From contig CAYYKF010000006.1 in the NCBI GenBank assembly GCA_964441035.1, forward strand, positions 2,160-35,180: 33,021 bases of DNA, given 5' to 3'. The stretch is from an uncultured Candidatus Poseidoniales archaeon. GTDB lineage: Archaea; Thermoplasmatota; Poseidoniia; Poseidoniales; Thalassarchaeaceae. Of this stretch, positions 9,425 to 18,059 are shown piece after piece. Every line of letters begins with the position of its first letter. The first letter of the stretch is position 1. The notes under the pieces are model-generated. The model saw only the letters and a program-made list of their open reading frames with translations, did not search any database and had not been told where the DNA came from. The position numbers were made by a program, and so were the translations under genes.

Positions 9425-10969
9425 CTATTTCAGCGCAGCGAGTAAATCCCTTACACTTGCACCCGCATTAATGCCTTGTTTGGTTTTTGAGAAACGAAGT
9501 AGTCTGCGAGCATCTCTAGATTGAACATGCAAGTCCCAAGCATACATTGCAATTCGATTTGAAATGTGGAAAGCCACTGGTGAAATAATGAGTATTGCAA
9601 GAGTTGCAATAATTCCAAGTGACAATGCATTCATCATGAATAATGCGACAAGGAGAGCAGGTATTGGCCATACTAACAACGGACCAAGTAGTGCAGCAAG
9701 GACATGATATGTCGTGCGGGCGTCAAGTCCCTCATCGGTCTTATCACCGAGAACTTTTGCTGCAAATATCATCAAACCACTAGAAATTGTGGTCAGTGGT
9801 CCTGCTATTATAGCCAATAGAATTGCTGGAAGGAACGCAAAACGTTCCGTCATCTTTGGATGTTGAAGGCCCGTCGCGGAAAGTGCCCTACCATCGAGGC
9901 CTGCATCGTTCAAATCGCTAGCAATTTTCGTTGCTGACGGGATTATGTCGTTCAAGATTGAATCGTTCTCTCGGATACGATTGCGAATCTCTCTAGCTGC
10001 TAACACCTCTTCTCTCCAACTTTTCAGTGAGGTCCCATTCGCAAGGCTCTGTAAGTGTCCAATAAGGTGCCATGTCCTGTGCTCATTCCAAGATTCTGCA
10101 TCTGGAGTCATGGGTGTTAAGCGGTCTTGAACACAATCACGTAAGGCATTGACCGATTCTGCTTCGGCTTCTACCCAATCTCCTTCAAGCAGTTTCTTTC
10201 TATCCTCCTCTGAATGAATAAATTCAGAGAGGTGAATTGGTAACCCATACTCAATCCACGCATCTGTCCGATAAAACCAAGATGTGCGGTAATGCAATCC
10301 TACCGGTAGTAAATGCGGTTCAGGTAAACCCCTCTCTTTAGCGATTGAATTGGCGGCAATGACAGATCGCATTGGTCCGGTTCGTAATCTCTTCATCTTG
10401 GAATCTTCATGAGATGTCCCTTCAGGAAACAACGCTGATGCGTGACCATTAGCGATACATTCTGCAAGAGTCAGCATGGTTTTTCCATTAATGTTCCCTG
10501 CGTCTTCTGATGATGCGCCTCCTCTGGCGAGTTCCGCTTGACGAATTACGGGCTGCGTACCCATTGTCGATGCGATGGGTCCAATGAGTGGTCGAGTAAT
10601 CAAATCGTGTCGGCCACCGAAAACCAATCGCTTTGATTGAGTCACTGCAATGCACATGGGATCAATCAACCCGTTGGTATGCCAAGCAACAGTCAACATC
10701 CCTGCTTCTTCCGATATATTCTCAATACCAGTTATCTCGATGGAACGAAACTGGCCACGAAATGCTCGACGTGCAAAACCCATCATGAAATCATAAAACC
10801 AACCAACGCCGGGGTGATCGCCTGGATTTTTTGCTACTCTTCTGGCTGAATTAATTTTAGCGAGGTTGACCCGGGCTGCTACTTTGGAAAGCTGGGGAAG
10901 GGCCTCTCCATGGTGATCAAGGGCACCATCTTCCCCGTGCTGTATTTCTTTGACTGATTCCTCATCCAT
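9425..10969 (-). CDS. Glycerol-3-phosphate / 1-acylglycerol-3-phosphate acyltransferase (PlsC superfamily) with C-terminal TM helices
   Basis: Block I WHTNGLID, PVIR, block III LFPEGTSH, LLPVGLHY; GGTGA RBS before ATG 10969. Confidence 0.88.
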   Translation of the reverse strand: MDEESVKEIQHGEDGALDHHGEALPQLSKVAARVNLAKINSARRVAKNPGDHPGVGWFYDFMMGFARRAFRGQFRSIEITGIENISEEAGMLTVAWHTNGLIDPMCIAVTQSKRLVFGGRHDLITRPLIGPIASTMGTQPVIRQAELARGGASSEDAGNINGKTMLTLAECIANGHASALFPEGTSHEDSKMKRLRTGPMRSVIAANSIAKERGLPEPHLLPVGLHYRTSWFYRTDAWIEYGLPIHLSEFIHSEEDRKKLLEGDWVEAEAESVNALRDCVQDRLTPMTPDAESWNEHRTWHLIGHLQSLANGTSLKSWREEVLAAREIRNRIRENDSILNDIIPSATKIASDLNDAGLDGRALSATGLQHPKMTERFAFLPAILLAIIAGPLTTISSGLMIFAAKVLGDKTDEGLDARTTYHVLAALLGPLLVWPIPALLVALFMMNALSLGIIATLAILIISPVAFHISNRIAMYAWDLHVQSRDARRLLRFSKTKQGINAGASVRDLLAALK

Positions 10970-10988
10970 TTGAATCACCGGAGTGGCA

Positions 10989-11426
10989 TCAATGAGATTG
11001 GAGGCGTTCAGACAATTCGGCTAATGATGTGAAATCGGGTTCAATTGTTCCGGGAAGGGGTGCTTCTGGCCAACAAGCAAGAAGGGTGTGCCCTCCATCT
11101 CCTTCGTTCCTAGGAATGACGTGTATGTGAACATGTGGTACTTCTTGGCCTGCAATTGGGCCATCATGAATACCAACTGAAAAATCAATAGTTTCATACT
11201 CAATTGAAAGGCGGCGTTGAACTTCAGCAACTCCATCCATCAAAGCACTCCGGCTTTCTTGAGTTAGGTCTGAGATGCGTTGCGCTTGTTCCTTAGGAAC
11301 TACGAGAGTGTGTCCCTCCCGACGAGGAAAAATGTCCAAGAAAGCGTACCACAAATCGCCTTCTGCTACTCGAGAAGAGGGGATTTCGCCACGGATTATC
11401 TTCGTGAAGAGTGTGTCCTCTACCAT
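10989..11426 (-). CDS. HIT-family (histidine triad) nucleotide hydrolase
   Basis: FTKIIRGEIP, AFLDIFP..GHTLVVPK, AGQEVPHVHIHVIPR. Confidence 0.95.
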   Translation of the reverse strand: MVEDTLFTKIIRGEIPSSRVAEGDLWYAFLDIFPRREGHTLVVPKEQAQRISDLTQESRSALMDGVAEVQRRLSIEYETIDFSVGIHDGPIAGQEVPHVHIHVIPRNEGDGGHTLLACWPEAPLPGTIEPDFTSLAELSERLQSH

Positions 11427-11461
11427 GGTCGTGCGAAAAGGGCTGCCATCATTAATACAAC

Positions 11462-12697
11462 TCAGGACGATTCATGATTGAATTGTATAGTCGCAAGGCG
11501 GTGTAAGGTTCCCCCAAATTGGCCAGGGTCATGGCTACCGGCAACAATTATTCCATCTATGGACACGGCAGAAAGTATTCGGAAATTATCGTCGGATGGA
11601 ATTACCTTGGGCGTCCAATCTCCTTGGTGGTATACCAGTACTGTGAATTGATTTTGAACTATATTTTCTGGAAATTGATTTTCAATTTGATACGAAATTA
11701 CCAGCATGTCTTCATCGCCATCTTGATCCCAATCGATCATAACGGTGTCATAAACACCCCATGTTCGAATTAAATCATGATAAGTGAAATTCGCTGTACC
11801 ATCATTCTCTAACCAACCTACACCGTGTAACTCGTTCGGATTGATTCCTTCAGGGATGTCAAAATCGAAAGTGTCGCCATTGGTGAATACAATATCCATA
11901 TCCCCATCTGAATCTAAATCTCGAAGATGCAATCCACTCATCCCATACCAATAATCGGTAGCGTTGTAGAGAGTCGTGGCCTGAAAATTACCTTGGCCAT
12001 CATTCCAGTATAACATTACATCTTCTGAATTCTGTGAGATTGATGCTATGATATCCATGTCTCCATCTGAATCAATATCTATGGGATATGCATGGATTCC
12101 ACCTGGTCTGGCGTCTATAACATGCATTGTCCAGTTGCCGTCTCCTAATTGCTCCAACCATGAAATGGATCCTTCTTCGTGTCCAAATTCGCAAATTGTG
12201 AGGTCTAGATCTTCGTCTCCATCCAAATCGGCAGGTTCTGCACAAACCGTTCTTCCGAGTCCATCTATCAATACACTCGTCGTATTTCCTTGAACGGTGA
12301 GAATACGACCACTTTTTTCGTTAGAAGGGTATAGGATTCCGATATCTGAAATTATCAATTCAGATTGGCCATCAGCATCCAAATCTGCCACGGATGCTCT
12401 GACTGGTGCACCTAAATCTTCAATCACGTTTTCTGCACACTGAGTAGAAATACACGAGGTTTCAATCCATCCAATCTGTCCTTCGAGTGGTTCGGTGAAA
12501 ACCACTTCCTCAATACCATCTCCATCGATGTCCAAAGTACGAACATTTGCCGTAACTGGAAATGCATAATCTCCTTCAATCAAAGGATGAAATGTAGCCT
12601 TTTCAACCGGGTCCTCTCTTGAAGGGTTCTCACTCCCTATACAACCCGAGAGCAGTAGGACAAAACACAGTGTCGCAAAGAGGTGTTGTGCCCGCAT
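11462..12697 (-). CDS. FG-GAP/VCBS-repeat beta-propeller lipoprotein
   Basis: Lipobox LLLSGC; six Ca-binding repeats (DIDGDG, DLDADG, DLDGDE, DIDSDG, DLDSDG, DWDQDG). Confidence 0.88.
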   Translation of the reverse strand: MRAQHLFATLCFVLLLSGCIGSENPSREDPVEKATFHPLIEGDYAFPVTANVRTLDIDGDGIEEVVFTEPLEGQIGWIETSCISTQCAENVIEDLGAPVRASVADLDADGQSELIISDIGILYPSNEKSGRILTVQGNTTSVLIDGLGRTVCAEPADLDGDEDLDLTICEFGHEEGSISWLEQLGDGNWTMHVIDARPGGIHAYPIDIDSDGDMDIIASISQNSEDVMLYWNDGQGNFQATTLYNATDYWYGMSGLHLRDLDSDGDMDIVFTNGDTFDFDIPEGINPNELHGVGWLENDGTANFTYHDLIRTWGVYDTVMIDWDQDGDEDMLVISYQIENQFPENIVQNQFTVLVYHQGDWTPKVIPSDDNFRILSAVSIDGIIVAGSHDPGQFGGTLHRLATIQFNHESS

Positions 12698-12724
12698 GTT
12701 TAGGCCACCACAAGGGGATGCTTC

Positions 12725-14314
12725 TCAGTTACGGAGAGGGTGGTTGCTAACTTCTCCTCCTAACATTACCCTCGAATGATGATTCTGAGAGGTGTCTTGT
12801 TCGGGAAAGTCACTACGGGTGTGAGAACCTCGGGATTCCTTTCTTGCCAGTGCTGCAGCTACAGATGCTTCGGCGATGTCGAGCAAACCTTTGGTCCTAC
12901 GTAGAGAAATCAATTCTGTGTTCATAATTCCTGTTGAGTCAGTGATTCCAGATGGAGTGTTACGCAATTCTCCAATCGCTGAAGCCGCAGCTTTGAGGCC
13001 TTCAGCGTCGCGATTTGTGCTCATGTGGGCTTTCATTGTGGACGAAAGTGCACTGAGAATTGTTCCTGCAGTGGCGCCCCCGTTACCTGCGGATGACAAA
13101 ATCTGATCATGCATATGGTGTGCCTCAGAAAGTGCTGTTGAAATTGCACTTGAGCCAGAGAATTTGGAATTCAGCGCATGATTTGCTGAAGATGTGCCCG
13201 CAGATGTGCCTTCTGAAATTGCCGCCAAAATCTGGTCTCCACTGTTTGCTGAGGCTCCGTGCAAACCGGAACAAGCCGTATCTCCGGCAGCATGCAGACC
13301 TGGTACGATATTATTTTCCGAATCAATAACTTGTCCTGAGGAATTGGTTGGAATTCCACCAATCGTATGGGTGACGGTCGGCATAAGGGGTATGAGTTCT
13401 GTGAATGCATCTATTCCACACCGACTCTGAAGGGCTGCACGAGTTCTTTCAAACCATACACGTTCTGGTCGAGGTATTGCAGTTAAATCAAGGGAGGCCC
13501 CGCCCGCTGCGAGGATTGATTGAGCTAGAGCATCGGGTCCATCTTCATGCGTGAGGGGTGTACCGTCTGCACCGTTGACAGTGCCTCCTGCCCCAAGCAA
13601 ATCGAGAGGGAGGAGGAGGTTTACATTAGCAACTGTCAGTGGATGCATTGAGTTGAATTCCATATTGGCCAAAGGTAAATCATTGCGTAATGTCAAACTA
13701 GCAGCATTACCCATTCCAATTCCATCTCCATTCCAAGCGCCTTCATAGCCACCGTCTGCAAGAATAATTGATTTGGATTGAATGGCGAATATTTCACCAC
13801 GCTGAATATCCATTGCCACTAAACCTCGGGCACCACCTTCAGTTAACACCAAGTCCAATACCTCGATGTCGCTTCGTCTTGGTATCCGTCGCTTGATGCA
13901 TTGTTCTTCTAAAATATGAATCAATTCATGAACGGTGGAATCTCCAGTACTTGCCGTTCGTGCTGTACTTTGACCTGGCAATTTACCTAGATGGGGCAAT
14001 CCATTTCCATCTCGACGAAGGATGAGGCCCCAACGTTCTAATTCAGCGAGATGTTCTAATGAAGAAGCAAGTGTTGATTCAATTATATCTGATTCACAAA
14101 TATTTCCACCGACACGCATCGTGTCTTCGAAATATGCTGATTGAGTAGGCTCACTCATAGGTGCTGAAAATCCACAATTTAGTGCAGACTCAGAAGAAGA
14201 AGAAAGTGCTTGAGAGCACAAAACTGTAACCGATGCTCCTGCATCGGCTGCTGCAATTGCTGCACGTAGTGCAGCCACTCCACTACCTACAACGACTACA
14301 TCCCACGCTTCCAT
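12725..14314 (-). CDS. SdhA/FrdA/NadB-family flavoprotein, divergent
   Basis: DVVVVGSGVAALRAA FAD motif, ILADGG, HTIGGI, GLHAAGD, C-terminal RKESRGSHTRSDFP; GGTGA RBS before ATG 14314. Confidence 0.85.
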   Translation of the reverse strand: MEAWDVVVVGSGVAALRAAIAAADAGASVTVLCSQALSSSSESALNCGFSAPMSEPTQSAYFEDTMRVGGNICESDIIESTLASSLEHLAELERWGLILRRDGNGLPHLGKLPGQSTARTASTGDSTVHELIHILEEQCIKRRIPRRSDIEVLDLVLTEGGARGLVAMDIQRGEIFAIQSKSIILADGGYEGAWNGDGIGMGNAASLTLRNDLPLANMEFNSMHPLTVANVNLLLPLDLLGAGGTVNGADGTPLTHEDGPDALAQSILAAGGASLDLTAIPRPERVWFERTRAALQSRCGIDAFTELIPLMPTVTHTIGGIPTNSSGQVIDSENNIVPGLHAAGDTACSGLHGASANSGDQILAAISEGTSAGTSSANHALNSKFSGSSAISTALSEAHHMHDQILSSAGNGGATAGTILSALSSTMKAHMSTNRDAEGLKAAASAIGELRNTPSGITDSTGIMNTELISLRRTKGLLDIAEASVAAALARKESRGSHTRSDFPEQDTSQNHHSRVMLGGEVSNHPLRN

Positions 14315-14401
14315 GGTTTCACCAGACAAGTGTCGGCAACAATGGGGGCATCATAAACGCACCCCTTTGGTGGCATCCAAAGTAAGGATGTAGATGAAAT
14401 A

Positions 14402-15898
14402 TTATTCAGTTCGAATCTGGGCTTGTGAACGCCATCTTTGTGCTAAGCTGCGCGCTTGCTCCATACGCCTGCGCATGGACTCTCCACGGCCCGATCTTGG
14501 ATGGACTTGCGTCCAAAGGGTATCCGAACGAATTGTGAGACCGTCGATATGACGTAACGTCAATCCGACCGGGCGTCTGCCTTCAATTCCATCCGCCCAT
14601 GCAACGCCAAGCCAGAGAATATGTGCAGCGTCAAGCAACCTAGATTGCCATGCGACGACGTCAAAATCCCCATCAGCCCACAATTGTAACGGTTCCATCG
14701 GTGGTGCGAGGGATTTTGGGGTGAGTCTGAAAATTTGCCGAGAAGGTTGACCGTCGGGGATGTGAACCTCTAATTCAACCGGTGATTCAGTAACGCCTAG
14801 ATTACTGACCATGACAAATAAATCTCCTCGTGATTCGCCACAAGTGAGGGGTAAACTGGAGTCCATTCTCCAAGATTGAGCCGCTAAAGATTGGGAATGA
14901 TCCATTAGGTCGAATTGTAAGCGATCTAATAGATGGAAAAAGCCTCGTTGCCATGCGCGCGTGTGCCCCATCAAACGCGAAAGTTCATGCAGATCAAGAT
15001 GGGTGTTTTCAAACAAAAATTTACTCAAGATTTCTGGATTGACTAATGCTTCCATTTCACTGAGTAATTGTGGTCTGTCAAGCATGTTTTGACCTTCCAA
15101 GTGAAGCAGGTGGAGGATTCTTTCCGTTGCTTCCGATGGATTGATATTTTCTTGAAGCACCCCTATTAGGTCTTGTTTCCATAGTTGAAATCGTTCAGCA
15201 CTTTCCGGATCGAGGTGGGCAGTTAGTATCTCTGTCAAGGTGTCTTTGAGGTGGCTTTCGTGTTGGCTTGGGGCATGATACGCTAGGAAAGGTAATCGGA
15301 AGGAAAATGGGGGTGATTTTCTTTCAATGATTATTGTATGAGCAAGTGCAATACTTGCGGCGAGTATACTTGAGACCAATAGAATCCCTCTCGTTTCTTC
15401 TTCGGGAGGGAAAAGGTCTGAGAGCCAGAGAAGAAGGGCAAAACCAAGTTGATTTGAAATACGCATGAATTCATGCAAACGTGCTTCTGTCAGCGCATTC
15501 AGAATCCTTTCAGCACCACTATTCTGGAGAACTCGGCCACTACGACGTTTTCCGAGTTGGTCTTGACCGACCCAGAGCATGTAATGACTCGATGCTACTG
15601 AAGGGATTAGGAAACAAAAACTCGCAAACCCGGCACACAATGCCACCATTGAAACATCTGTATCTTTTGGAAATGACATTACAATGATTGTAGAAAGTAT
15701 GAGAAAATATGGAGTCAGTGTTCGAGCAATTTGTAGAATCCAAGTGTCGGCGAATCGACCCCAATATCTGCGGGATTTTTCACGGCGTTGCAATCTGGCT
15801 TCGATGATGTCAACCAATCCACCTTCTACCTCAAAACCCCCGCCATATGGTCGTGGCAAACCCGCATCTGCATCATCTGGTAGCATCGGAACAATCAC
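14402..15898 (-). CDS. Hypothetical polytopic membrane protein with large soluble C-terminal region
   Basis: About 4 hydrophobic segments in the N-terminal 190 aa, then helical and beta-rich regions; 498-aa ORF fills the gap between neighbours. Confidence 0.7.
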   Translation of the reverse strand: MIVPMLPDDADAGLPRPYGGGFEVEGGLVDIIEARLQRREKSRRYWGRFADTWILQIARTLTPYFLILSTIIVMSFPKDTDVSMVALCAGFASFCFLIPSVASSHYMLWVGQDQLGKRRSGRVLQNSGAERILNALTEARLHEFMRISNQLGFALLLWLSDLFPPEEETRGILLVSSILAASIALAHTIIIERKSPPFSFRLPFLAYHAPSQHESHLKDTLTEILTAHLDPESAERFQLWKQDLIGVLQENINPSEATERILHLLHLEGQNMLDRPQLLSEMEALVNPEILSKFLFENTHLDLHELSRLMGHTRAWQRGFFHLLDRLQFDLMDHSQSLAAQSWRMDSSLPLTCGESRGDLFVMVSNLGVTESPVELEVHIPDGQPSRQIFRLTPKSLAPPMEPLQLWADGDFDVVAWQSRLLDAAHILWLGVAWADGIEGRRPVGLTLRHIDGLTIRSDTLWTQVHPRSGRGESMRRRMEQARSLAQRWRSQAQIRTE

Positions 15899-15976
15899 CG
15901 GGGTACGTTAGGAGGTCATCAGGGTGTTGTTCAGGTCTGCCGCAACGGTCTTGAATAGAGGCTAAGAGGCTCCGAT

Positions 15977-16050
15977 GGGCGCGTAGCATAGTTGGATAAT
16001 GCACCGGCCTCCTAAGCCGGGGATCGTGGGTTCAAATCCTACCGCGCTCG
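15977..16050 (+). tRNA. tRNA-Arg(CCT)
   Basis: Acceptor GGGCGCG/CGCGCTC, anticodon arm CCGGC-CTCCTAA-GCCGG, T-arm GTGGG-TTCAAAT-CCTAC; no intron, no encoded CCA. Confidence 0.96.
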
Positions 16051-16051
16051 T

Positions 16052-17188
16052 TTAACTCATTACCAGCCCGTGTCGCTGCCCCGCTGCTGCCACCTTGTAC
16101 AAGAAATTCTCAATTTGTATTCTGGAATGCATTGAGCGACGTAAATTGATATCGCAATCTGCCAATGCACCAAGCATTTCCTCTCGTAAAGCTGGTGCAA
16201 GCATCAAGCGATTTGCAACTAATTCTGTGTGGATTTGGTGAATAATATCTTCTGCATCAAGAGCATTGGCACCCATCAATTCATCCAACATCCCCATGGC
16301 TCCTTCAAGTGTTTTCACATTTCTACCTCGTTGCTTTTCCCATCGCCACTCAACAACACGTCCTCTCAAAGCAAGTTCAATCATCTGTCGGGCATGTGGC
16401 AAAGTACTCGCCGTAACTACGTCATACAAATTACTGCGTTGGTCAACCAAGTTTCGGCGTGAGAGTAATTCAAGAGTGAAGAGTGCTTTACGCAAATTTC
16501 CGCTCGAGATATGTGCTATGTCTTCTGGCAATCCTTGGGCGCAATGTATGCCTTCCAAACTGGCTATCTTTTTGATTGTTGAAACAATTTGCCTTTCCTC
16601 TATAGGTGGAATACGGATGTGTAACATACGGCTCCTCAAGGCATCAATAATCCGACTGGGGGCGCGAGCAGTGAAGATAAAGCGCGTTGTGTTTGATTCC
16701 GATTCCATCATTCGGCGAAGATATGGTTGACGTCTGTCACCAAGGTGATCTGCATCTTCTATTACGATTAATCGACTAACAGCTAAACGGCCATCCAAAA
16801 ATTCTGTTTCTTCACCACAAGGGGGAGTGTCAAATCCATCTTGCCACATATTTCTATCAAACGCATCCAAACTTGTTCTACCAGCTAGCGTATCACTGGA
16901 GCCGAGGCCACTCGGTCGAAGAAATTCTTCAAACGTTTTCATTGCGCCTGCTTGTCGTGCCAAATCGCGGGCTTGGAGTACGTGACAAGTTGCTTTCCAA
17001 CTTGAACCGAGTACTTGGCGTGCAATTAGGCGCCAAGTAGCTGTTTTCCCAACTCCTGCTGGTCCAGTAATCAATACATGTGGTAAATTCCCTGATAGGC
17101 TAATCCGTGCAAATTGCTCACGAAGATTGCTGGGGATTGCTAGACTGTCAAAGCGCTTAGGCGCGTGTGTAGACAACCAAGAAGCCAT
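16052..17188 (-). CDS. Replication factor C small subunit-like AAA+ clamp-loader protein (divergent paralogue)
   Basis: Walker A GPAGVGKT, IEDADHL, LRRMME, IIDALRSR, SGNLRKA, C-terminal RIQIENFL. Confidence 0.85.
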   Translation of the reverse strand: MASWLSTHAPKRFDSLAIPSNLREQFARISLSGNLPHVLITGPAGVGKTATWRLIARQVLGSSWKATCHVLQARDLARQAGAMKTFEEFLRPSGLGSSDTLAGRTSLDAFDRNMWQDGFDTPPCGEETEFLDGRLAVSRLIVIEDADHLGDRRQPYLRRMMESESNTTRFIFTARAPSRIIDALRSRMLHIRIPPIEERQIVSTIKKIASLEGIHCAQGLPEDIAHISSGNLRKALFTLELLSRRNLVDQRSNLYDVVTASTLPHARQMIELALRGRVVEWRWEKQRGRNVKTLEGAMGMLDELMGANALDAEDIIHQIHTELVANRLMLAPALREEMLGALADCDINLRRSMHSRIQIENFLYKVAAAGQRHGLVMS

Positions 17189-17227
17189 CGCTGAGTGTGG
17201 GTAGGGCGCGGTCTTTCAACACGCCGC

Positions 17228-17377
17228 TCAAACAGCATCGATTGTCTTGTGGCCTTGGCGTCGTGGCTTGACGAAAATGCGGAAGCCGCATGATTTGCAT
17301 GAGATTCCTGTTTCTGTGTTCATGAATTCCTCTCGATGACCACATCGCAGACACTTGTATTCGACCCTCTTCGACAT
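17228..17377 (-). CDS. rpoP: DNA-directed RNA polymerase subunit P (Rpo12)
   Basis: YKCLRCG...ISCKSCGFRIFVKPR zinc ribbon; 49 aa from ATG 17377. Confidence 0.95.
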   Translation of the reverse strand: MSKRVEYKCLRCGHREEFMNTETGISCKSCGFRIFVKPRRQGHKTIDAV

Positions 17378-17425
17378 TGATGCGGGCGACCTACCCCTCC
17401 CATTTGAAGCCGTCGCTATTATCAA

Positions 17426-18019
17426 TTAGTATTCGCTGATGGTATTTTGACATACATCTATGAAATTTTGAAAAATTTCCTTGCCGTATTCTGAATCATT
17501 TACCTCTGGATGAAACTGAAGTCCAAAGCGGTCGCCTTCTCTGTTTTCCATTCCCTGTACGCGACAAGATTTGCTACTAGCAGTAATAAAAAAATCTTCA
17601 GGAACCACATCAACTTCATCATTATGGCTCTCCCATACCGTTTGTTCATCGGGTGTGCCAAGAAACAATTTGCCACCACCATCAACCAGTTTTATTTGTG
17701 CGGCACCAAATTCAGGGGTGTGGGCCTCTGTTGCGCTACCGCCATAATAACCTGCCATGAACTGATGTCCAGCACAAATCCCAAGAATGGGCATATTAAG
17801 GGCGAGATATGCACCACAATTTCCTAACTCCCCAGTTAACCCCACTCTGGCCGCACCTCCCGAGAGTATTATGCCGTCTAATTTCCGAAGATCTTCGACT
17901 GGAGTTGTATTGGCAATAATTTGGGTGTCTACCCCCAAATAACGTAACATCCGCCATTCTCGATGGGTCCATTGTCCGCCGTTGTCTACAACGTCAATGA
18001 CCAGTGGCCGGTCGGTCAT
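17426..18019 (-). CDS. guaAA: GMP synthase glutamine amidotransferase subunit A
   Basis: VVDNGGQWTHREWR, PILGICAGHQ, VWESHNDEV, GLQFHPEV catalytic triad; stand-alone archaeal type. Confidence 0.95.
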   Translation of the reverse strand: MTDRPLVIDVVDNGGQWTHREWRMLRYLGVDTQIIANTTPVEDLRKLDGIILSGGAARVGLTGELGNCGAYLALNMPILGICAGHQFMAGYYGGSATEAHTPEFGAAQIKLVDGGGKLFLGTPDEQTVWESHNDEVDVVPEDFFITASSKSCRVQGMENREGDRFGLQFHPEVNDSEYGKEIFQNFIDVCQNTISEY

Positions 18020-18059
18020 ACTGATTTCTCAAACTCGACGCTCAATCAAGGTGACGCTT

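Noticed and set aside
12725-14314. Labelling the flavoprotein sdhA or nadB, or calling it a pseudogene
   Set aside because: Catalytic residues and partner genes are missing, yet the ORF is full length and uninterrupted with an RBS.
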